NCBI GenBank assembly: GCA_041750285.1
Contig: JBGSZS010000004.1
Location: 1 to 64,000, forward strand
Reading direction: 5' to 3'
Source of the DNA: Candidatus Fermentibacteraceae bacterium
Lineage (GTDB): Bacteria > Fermentibacterota > Fermentibacteria > Fermentibacterales > JCC-6
Length of the DNA stretch: 64,000 nucleotides
Positions 57,415 to 64,000 of this stretch are shown here, one piece after another. Numbering within the stretch: the first letter of the stretch is position 1; each line of letters begins with the position of its first letter. The position numbers were made by a program, and so were the translations under genes. The notes beneath the pieces are model-generated. The model ran no database searches. It saw only the letters and a list, made by a program, of their open reading frames with translations, and was not told the origin of the DNA.

Positions 57415-59436
57415 ATGAAGCTACATTGGAAGTATAATTCAAATGAGGCATTTCCGGAAAGGATTCCATTGGCATTTTTGCTTCTGCTTCTCTTCTTCGC
57501 TCTTCCCGCCGGGGCCTACGTCGGCCCCGGCGCGGGGTTCGGCATACTCACCAGCTTCCTGGTGTTCGTTAACGCCCTGGCGGTCTCGTTGCTGTCGTTT
57601 CTTTTCTGGCCCGTCCTTGCACTGATAAGAAGGGTCAGGAGGAACAGAAGACCCCTGAAACCCGGGGCAAAGCGGCTGGTCATCCTGGGCCTCGACGGCC
57701 TCTCCCCGCTCCTCGTCGAAAAGATGTGGGAAAAGGGCGAACTCCCCAATCTGCGAGCGCTCTCAGAAAAGGGAAGCTTCCGCCACCTGCGCACAACGAC
57801 TCCGGGGGTCTCACCGGTTGCCTGGTCGAGTTTCCAGACCGGGGTCAACCCCGGAAAGCACGGCATTTTCGATTTCCTGGCGCCGGACCGGAAGCGATAC
57901 CTTGCTGTCCTCTCTTCCGTCCGCACCGGTTCGAAGACGGTGAGGGGCATCACGGGACGCAAAAGAACACGCACCGTCCAGACCCTTATGAGAAAAAGCG
58001 CCCCCTTCTGGAGCTACCTTGGGAAGTACGGCGTAAGGTCGACCGTTCTCAGGGTACCCATCACGTACCCACCCGAACCCCTCGACGGCCACCTTCTGTC
58101 GGGAATGTGCGTTCCCGACCTCAGGGGAAGTCAGGGCTCATACACAGTGTTGACAACCGGTGACCCCGAACCGATGACTGGCGGTGTGCAGGCAAGGCTC
58201 ACACCCGACGGCGACCACCGCTTCAGGGGCGAAATCCCCGGGCCCGAAGGCGCGCTCCCCTGCCGGGTCCGCCTCGACACCGGGGGAAAGACGCCGAAGC
58301 TATCGCACTCAGGCGGCCGCATCAACCTGCCCTGGAACGCTCTCAGCCCCTGGGTCACCCTCGAGTTCAGGATCTCGGGCAAAAAGGTGAGCGGCATTGC
58401 GAGGTTCAGGCTTACCGAAGGCCCGGAACTCTACTGCACCGCACTGCACGTCGATCCCTCGAAACCCGCCGTCCCCCTCGGGCATCCCGTGCATTATTCG
58501 CGCTACCTTGCGGGGATGCAGGGACCTTTCGCCACACTGGGACTCGCCGAGGACACCTGGGCACTCTCAAACGGCCACATCGACGACGGCACCTTCATGG
58601 AGCAATGCGCCGGCATCTTCAGTGAACGCGAGAAAATGTTCTCCGACGCCCTCTCGAAGAACCCTTCGGGGCTGGTGGTCTGCGTTTTCGACACGCCGGA
58701 CCGTGTTCAGCACATGTTCTGGGGAAGCGGTTTCAGGGAGGGGTCTCCCATAAGAACAGCCTACGCTCAAATGGACGCCCTGGTTGGCAGGACAATGGCA
58801 GCGATGAAAAAGGGCGACCTTCTCATGGTCCTGAGCGACCATGGCTTCACCTCGTTCCACACCTGTGTTGATTTCAACAGGTGGCTGGTCGAGAACGGGT
58901 ACATGGTGCTGAAGGAGGGCGTGAAGACCGTCGAGACCTCCTACCAGGGGGTGGACTGGGAGAAGACCAGGGCCTACGCCCTCGGGCTGGCAGGGATAAG
59001 CATCAACATCCGTGGACGCGAAGGCATGGGCATCGTGGAGCCCGGTGAGGCACCCACCCTGGCCGCTGAGATCGCTGCAGGGCTCGAGCAGTTGACCACT
59101 CCCGAAGGCGACAGGGTGATAAGAAGGGCAAGGCTTGGGGCGGAAGAGTACAAAGGCCCCTACGCGGCGGACGGTCCGGACATCATCCCGGGAACTTCAA
59201 GGGGTTTCAGGGCGGGGTGGAACTGCGTAACCGGCGGAGTGGGCGAAAAGGTCCTCTACAAAAACGGGCAACACTGGAACGGCGACCACAGCTGCGATCC
59301 CGACCTCGTGAAGGGCGTTCTCTTCACGAGCTGGAAGCACGACACACCCGAGCCATCCATAATCGACATCGCCCCGACGGCCCTTGGGATTCTCGGGGTT
59401 GCCGCCCCGCCCCACATGGACGGGAGGCCGCTTTGA
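57415..59436 (+). CDS. Alkaline-phosphatase superfamily (type I phosphodiesterase/NPP) protein, membrane anchored
   Basis: AYVGPGAG plus TM; GLDG, SPVAW..TGVNPGKHGIFDF, DRVQH, SDHG, WNGDH; start uncertain. Confidence 0.85.
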   Translation: MKLHWKYNSNEAFPERIPLAFLLLLLFFALPAGAYVGPGAGFGILTSFLVFVNALAVSLLSFLFWPVLALIRRVRRNRRPLKPGAKRLVILGLDGLSPLLVEKMWEKGELPNLRALSEKGSFRHLRTTTPGVSPVAWSSFQTGVNPGKHGIFDFLAPDRKRYLAVLSSVRTGSKTVRGITGRKRTRTVQTLMRKSAPFWSYLGKYGVRSTVLRVPITYPPEPLDGHLLSGMCVPDLRGSQGSYTVLTTGDPEPMTGGVQARLTPDGDHRFRGEIPGPEGALPCRVRLDTGGKTPKLSHSGGRINLPWNALSPWVTLEFRISGKKVSGIARFRLTEGPELYCTALHVDPSKPAVPLGHPVHYSRYLAGMQGPFATLGLAEDTWALSNGHIDDGTFMEQCAGIFSEREKMFSDALSKNPSGLVVCVFDTPDRVQHMFWGSGFREGSPIRTAYAQMDALVGRTMAAMKKGDLLMVLSDHGFTSFHTCVDFNRWLVENGYMVLKEGVKTVETSYQGVDWEKTRAYALGLAGISINIRGREGMGIVEPGEAPTLAAEIAAGLEQLTTPEGDRVIRRARLGAEEYKGPYAADGPDIIPGTSRGFRAGWNCVTGGVGEKVLYKNGQHWNGDHSCDPDLVKGVLFTSWKHDTPEPSIIDIAPTALGILGVAAPPHMDGRPL

Positions 59437-61361
59437 ACCGCAGGGAGTTTCTGAAGAGAACCGCGGCGGCTTCCGCTCTCCTTGCCCTGAGCGCGGGATG
59501 CGGAGGGGTTTTGCGCACGAGGAGAAAGGTCCTGGCCCTGGCCTTCGACGGACTCGACCCGGGTCTTGTGAGAAGGTATTCGGCCCTGGGCCTCATGCCC
59601 AACGCGAAAAGGCTGATGCAGATGGGTTCACTCAGGAACCTGGCGACGTCCAACCCGCCGCAGAGTCCGGTGGCCTGGTCGGGGTTCATAACCGGCGGCG
59701 GCCCGGATGTTCACGGGATCTTCGATTTCATTCACCGCAACCCCGCTGACAGAGTGCCCTATCTATCCACTTCAAGGGTGAATCCCCCGACACGCACCCT
59801 CGACGTGGGAGACCTCAGGCTTCCCCTCTCGGGTGGCGGCGTCGAACTCCTCAGGAAGGGTGAACCCTTCTGGAAGCCCCTTCTGCAGAACGGCATCCCG
59901 GTCACAATGATCAAGCTTCCCATTGATTTCCCGGCCCCCCGGGACCGGGGAGGCCGGTTCCTCTCCGGCATGGGAACGCCCGACATAAGGGGCAGCCAGG
60001 GCAGCTTCACGTTCTTCACCGACGATGCCCGATCACTGAGCGACGACACTTCGGGAGGCATCATCGTGCCCGTCAGGGACAATGGCGACAACTGCTACAG
60101 ATGCCGGGTGACGGGCCCGCAGAACTCTCTGATCGAGGGCGCACCCGTGATGGAGGCCACGGCCGAGGTCTGGGCGGACCGCACCGCGGAAGCCGTGAGG
60201 ATCGATCTCCATGGACGGTCATTCGTTGTCGGCGTCGGGCAGTGGTCACCCTGGGTGAGGTTCTCCTTCCCGGCCATCGCCGGAATCTCCACGGTGCACG
60301 CCATCGGCAGGTTCTACCTGAAGGAGCTCTCCCCGAAGCTCAGGCTCTACCTCTCCCCCCTCAACATAGACCCCGAGAACCCCGCGCTCCCCATCTCGGG
60401 ACCGGACTGGTTCGCACGAAGCATCGCTGAAGCTATCGGACCCTATTACACCAAGGGTTTCCCTGAAGACACAAAAGCCCTCTCCCGGGGCATATTCAAC
60501 GACGACGACTACTTCTCCCAGGCGACGAACGTCTTCGACGAACGCCTGCGGATGTTCACCCACGCGCTCGGCAGCTGGAAGGACGGGCTGCTGTTCTTCT
60601 ACTTTTCGAGCACCGACCTCAACCAGCACATGTTCTACCGCACCATCGACCCCGAAAGCCCCCTCCACTCATCCGTGGCGCCCAGGTTCAGGAACATCAT
60701 GGGTGAGCTCTACGCCAAGGCCGACAGGGCCATCGGCCAGGCCATGGAACTCCTTGATGGGAACACCGAGCTGATGGTGTTCTCCGACCACGGCTTCGCC
60801 CCCTTCAACCGGGGCTTCGGGCTCAACAGCTGGCTTGGGGCCGAAGGTTACGCCCATGTCGCCAGACCCGAGGACCGCAACAGGGACATGTTCGCCTGCA
60901 TCGACTGGAGCCGGACCTCAGCCTACGGCCTGGGGCTCAACAGCCTGTACGTGAATCAGGCAGGGAGGGAGCCTGACGGGATCATCACGACCGCTGAGAA
61001 GTACCCCCTCCTCGAGCGCCTTGCCCGCGACCTCGAGAGCGTCATCGACCCCCTTACAGGCCGCCGCCCGGTGGAAAAGGCCTACATCGTCGCCGACATG
61101 TTCCCCGGGAAGGATCTCCCCCCCTTCGCGCCGGACATGATAGTGGGCTACGCACGGGGCTACAGGAGCAGCTGGGAGACCGCCCTGGGTGCCTTCCCCG
61201 AGGAGGTCATAACCGACAACACCGACCCCTGGAGCGGTGACCACTGCGTCGCGCCCATGCTCTGCCCCGGCAGCCTGATCACGAGTTCACCCATGCCGGA
61301 AGGCCTTGCCCTGCAGGATATGGGCGCCGTGATAACCCGCGCCCTGACCGGAGACCCGTGA
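59433..61361 (+). CDS. Tat-exported lipoprotein, type I phosphodiesterase/NPP family
   Basis: TTG start overlapping the upstream stop; NRREFLK twin-arginine motif; LSAGC lipobox; AFDG, SPVAW, SDHG, WSGDH. Confidence 0.85.
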   Translation: MNRREFLKRTAAASALLALSAGCGGVLRTRRKVLALAFDGLDPGLVRRYSALGLMPNAKRLMQMGSLRNLATSNPPQSPVAWSGFITGGGPDVHGIFDFIHRNPADRVPYLSTSRVNPPTRTLDVGDLRLPLSGGGVELLRKGEPFWKPLLQNGIPVTMIKLPIDFPAPRDRGGRFLSGMGTPDIRGSQGSFTFFTDDARSLSDDTSGGIIVPVRDNGDNCYRCRVTGPQNSLIEGAPVMEATAEVWADRTAEAVRIDLHGRSFVVGVGQWSPWVRFSFPAIAGISTVHAIGRFYLKELSPKLRLYLSPLNIDPENPALPISGPDWFARSIAEAIGPYYTKGFPEDTKALSRGIFNDDDYFSQATNVFDERLRMFTHALGSWKDGLLFFYFSSTDLNQHMFYRTIDPESPLHSSVAPRFRNIMGELYAKADRAIGQAMELLDGNTELMVFSDHGFAPFNRGFGLNSWLGAEGYAHVARPEDRNRDMFACIDWSRTSAYGLGLNSLYVNQAGREPDGIITTAEKYPLLERLARDLESVIDPLTGRRPVEKAYIVADMFPGKDLPPFAPDMIVGYARGYRSSWETALGAFPEEVITDNTDPWSGDHCVAPMLCPGSLITSSPMPEGLALQDMGAVITRALTGDP

Positions 61362-62131
61362 CGGCGCTCCTTTCCCCCTTCAGGAACTGCCCTCCCTTCA
61401 CCGGGCTTCTCACGGTCTCGCTTCTCTTCGGGGTCATCATGATACTCATCTTCAAGTTCACATCGAACCAGAGGGCCATCGGCGCGATCAGAAGCAGGAT
61501 GGGCGCCCGGGCGCTGGGAATGCTTCTTCACCTCCACTCCCCCATCACCGTGATAAAAGCGGCAGCAGCCCTCATGGCCGACAACTTCGCCTACCTGTGG
61601 CGGATAGTCACTCCCATGCTTTTCATCGCAGTCCCCTTCATCCTCACCGCGGCAGCGCTCGATGCCCGTTACGGCAGCATGCCCGTACCCCGGGGCGTAC
61701 CAACGACGGTAACCCTCACATGGGAAGAACTCCCCGCACGGGAGGGCTTCACGGTTACCGGCACGGGCATCACCGTGATCGAACCCGTTGTCTTCGTGGA
61801 CACCCTCAGGCAGACCAGTTTCAGGGTGCGGAACGCAACTCCCGGAGCCATGGTCACAGCCGCCGGCGTCACATTCCCGCTCGGCGCTTCGGCGGGAGGG
61901 TCCGGCTCGGTCATCTACAGGGGCGCCGCCCGTATGAACCCGGTGGAAAGGCTCCTCAAGCCGTTCCTTGCGCCCCTTCCGCCTGATGGCCCGGTGATCG
62001 AGGCAAACGTCTTCATCCCCGAAGCCCGCTACCGGATACTTGGCGGCAGGTGGAGCTGGCTCACGGTGTTCCTGGTTTACAGCAGCCTCGCTGCCATTGC
62101 GGGTGCTGCCGCATTCAAGGTAAAGGTGTAG
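61358..62131 (+). CDS. Membrane protein of unknown function
   Basis: About three TM segments; GTGA coupling to the upstream gene. Confidence 0.65.
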   Translation: MTALLSPFRNCPPFTGLLTVSLLFGVIMILIFKFTSNQRAIGAIRSRMGARALGMLLHLHSPITVIKAAAALMADNFAYLWRIVTPMLFIAVPFILTAAALDARYGSMPVPRGVPTTVTLTWEELPAREGFTVTGTGITVIEPVVFVDTLRQTSFRVRNATPGAMVTAAGVTFPLGASAGGSGSVIYRGAARMNPVERLLKPFLAPLPPDGPVIEANVFIPEARYRILGGRWSWLTVFLVYSSLAAIAGAAAFKVKV

Positions 62132-62135
62132 AACA

Positions 62136-62333
62136 ATGGCCAAACTGAAGATGAAACTCGACGACGGATTCATGGAACGAATGAAGAAGGTGGCGGCAAC
62201 GGGCGGATACTCATCGGTGGACGAGTTCGTCATCCACGTCCTGGAACGGGAGATGGAAAAACTGGACCCCGCCAGGGGTGAATCCGAAGAGTCGATCAGG
62301 AAGAAGCTCGAAGGCCTCGGTTACATCTCCTAA
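62136..62333 (+). CDS. Small ribbon-helix-helix-like protein
   Basis: LKMKLDD..GYSSVDEFV pattern; C-terminal IRKKLEGLGYI. Confidence 0.7.
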   Translation: MAKLKMKLDDGFMERMKKVAATGGYSSVDEFVIHVLEREMEKLDPARGESEESIRKKLEGLGYIS

Positions 62334-62334
62334 A

Positions 62335-62398
62335 GGGAGGCGACAGCTTTTCAGCGATCTGCACAAGCCAACGGGTTCGAATCCCGTTGGGCCTCCCA
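62335..62398 (+). other. tRNA-like stem-loop (T-arm and CCA), not a complete tRNA
   Basis: GGGAGGC..CCAACGGG-TTCGAAT-CCCGTTGG-GCCTCCCA. Confidence 0.4.
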
Positions 62399-62490
62399 TA
62401 GCCGATCTGCTGCCCCGGGCGTCTTCCCGATCAGGGCCATTCGTCAGGGCGATACCGGAAGCGAACCGCAGGTGTTTGAAGCCCTCGTTA

Positions 62491-63333
62491 TCAACGCTTC
62501 CTGACGATTGCCCTGGCCTTGTTGCCGATGTGCCAGTGATTGAACACGAAGTTGGAAAAAGGCCTGTATGAGTAGGTTTCCCAGATGACCAGCTCGAACC
62601 CGGTCTCTCTGAGGAGGAATTCGAACGAGCGCCTGCAGTACTCGTTGCAGTGCCCGGGACGCCACGTTTCCGGGTACTTCTTCCGGTAAATGCCTGCTCT
62701 TCTCAGCCACCGTTTGAGGCGGGTGTCCAGCCCGTCGATGTTCGGGAACTCCAGAAGGGCGTATCCGCCTTCCTTCAGCAGGGCTGAGATCCCCATCATG
62801 GCGCGCTTCGGATCCATCAGGTGTTCCAGCACATGCCGCAGAAGGACAAGGTCGAACGCTTCACCCGTTCCGTGGGAATACTCCATGTAATCGGCCACGA
62901 CAACGTCGATGCCAAGCCTGGCCTTCACCGAGGCCGCAAGGAAGGGTGACAGCTCGAGCCCACGAACTTCCCACCCCCCACTCCGTGCAAGGTGCAGCAG
63001 CCTGCCGTTTCCGCACCCTATCTCGAGCAGTCGCCCGGGAGTGGGCACCCGTCGCCTGAGGAAACGGTGGGTGACGGTCTGCGCGACGTTCCTCCGGTGG
63101 CGCTCGTCGAATGGGTCTACGAACTCCGAGGCGTACTTAAGCTGATCCAGCCCGCCGCCAAGGTCGTAGTTGACCAGGCCGCAGTTCGGGCAGCGATGGA
63201 AGGTGAACTCGTCCCGGTTGCCCTGATTGTAGAAGGGTCTCAGCGGGCCGTGGCCGCACAGGCGGCAGGTCGGGGTACTGCAACCTTCGTGGTGAGGGCT
63301 GCCGGTGGTTTCATTTCCTGAGGGCAAGTTCAA
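62491..63333 (-). CDS. Class I SAM-dependent methyltransferase with N-terminal CxxC/CxxC
   Basis: CRLC..CPNC, LLEIGCGNG, HVLEHL; start uncertain (TTG at 63333 or 63327). Confidence 0.85.
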   Translation of the reverse strand: MNLPSGNETTGSPHHEGCSTPTCRLCGHGPLRPFYNQGNRDEFTFHRCPNCGLVNYDLGGGLDQLKYASEFVDPFDERHRRNVAQTVTHRFLRRRVPTPGRLLEIGCGNGRLLHLARSGGWEVRGLELSPFLAASVKARLGIDVVVADYMEYSHGTGEAFDLVLLRHVLEHLMDPKRAMMGISALLKEGGYALLEFPNIDGLDTRLKRWLRRAGIYRKKYPETWRPGHCNEYCRRSFEFLLRETGFELVIWETYSYRPFSNFVFNHWHIGNKARAIVRKR

Positions 63334-63865
63334 TCCCCAGTTCTCGCGCCTTCTCCCTGACTTTCTCCACCACTTTTGCCGCCTTCTCCCTTTCTCCGCT
63401 TTCCAAGGCTTCAACTTCACTTCCGATGAACTCAGCAAGCTCCTCGACCGCCCCAATCGGCAAAAGCTCCATTGCTATGCAGTACAGTGACTTCGATCTT
63501 CCGTCATTGTACTTCTCGATCAGCAGTTTCAGACACTTCTGCTTCCTGTTCAAGGTTGTCAGGTATGTCGAAAGGTCTTTTCCGGCATCCTCAAGGTTCG
63601 CCCTGACATTCCTGTAGGTGATGAACGAATCCGTCTGCCCGATGTTCTCGTACCTTCCGCACGGATACCCGTCGCACTCGAAGCAGTACTCGATGCTGCC
63701 GTGCTTCCTGCTGCAGGTGACGACCGCGCACGAGGGATGCTTCTCTTGAAAGCCCTCACCCCCGCAACCGGGGCATCTTGATGCCCCGTCGGTGTGGAAC
63801 CTGGGACAGAGACAGCAGTTCAGCCCGCAGAGGGCGAAACCGGGTTCTTTTCTGGTGAATGGCAC
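63311..63865 (-). CDS. DUF3795 Cys-rich protein
   Basis: LCGLNCCLCP..CPGC, CFECDGYPC, YNDGRSKS; start uncertain (GTG 63865 or ATG 63940). Confidence 0.75.
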   Translation of the reverse strand: MPFTRKEPGFALCGLNCCLCPRFHTDGASRCPGCGGEGFQEKHPSCAVVTCSRKHGSIEYCFECDGYPCGRYENIGQTDSFITYRNVRANLEDAGKDLSTYLTTLNRKQKCLKLLIEKYNDGRSKSLYCIAMELLPIGAVEELAEFIGSEVEALESGEREKAAKVVEKVREKARELGIELALRK

Positions 63866-64000
63866 CAGGCAAGCCTTTTTGATGTCTGCACCACGGGAAG
63901 AGCGTGAATGCAGGACCACTTCAAACGCCCTTCTCAACATATGATCTCAGAAGCATCGAAAACAGCTCCTGGCTGTGCTGGCGCTTCTTCTCCCTGAAGG

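Noticed and set aside
62335..62398. Intact tRNA, including tRNA-Sec
   Set aside because: Too short, with no D arm, anticodon arm or long variable arm.
1..64000. Genome-wide UGA reassignment (code 4 or 25)
   Set aside because: Many genes end in TGA with ATGA, GTGA or TGATG coupling (e.g. 3849, 9114, 16269, 27276, 51396).
1..64000. CRISPR array, IS element, prophage, rRNA or retroelement
   Set aside because: No spaced repeats and no transposase, integrase, reverse transcriptase or phage structural genes were seen.

Overview
GC-rich bacterial window of about 47 mostly housekeeping or envelope genes, with no rRNA, intact tRNA, CRISPR array or transposase. TonB receptors, many lipoproteins and proteins with T9SS/FlgD-like C-terminal domains suggest an anaerobic FCB-group diderm; this taxonomic call is inference. 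Contents in order: PHP-GT4 fusion; cobalamin riboswitch with btuB-like receptor and beta-propeller lipoprotein; GGDEF proteins; orphan degenerate AbiEii; perR-katA-peroxiredoxin operon; glycosyltransferase/flippase cluster; triplicated divergent S41-like/propeller lipoprotein module with an ABC exporter; hybrid kinase; two RRM genes; FetAB-like ABC pair; MBL-rhodanese; M18 peptidase; CoA-activase; two PEP/pyruvate-binding proteins; glutamate dehydrogenase; and a phosphodiesterase operon. The main finding is at 41650-44051. Two tandem secreted FG-GAP/VCBS-repeat genes are each split by an in-frame UGA at the same position (YG-UGA-CTG), followed 15 nt later by a conserved SECIS-like hairpin. They are candidate secreted selenoproteins with an adjacent Sec-Cys pair.
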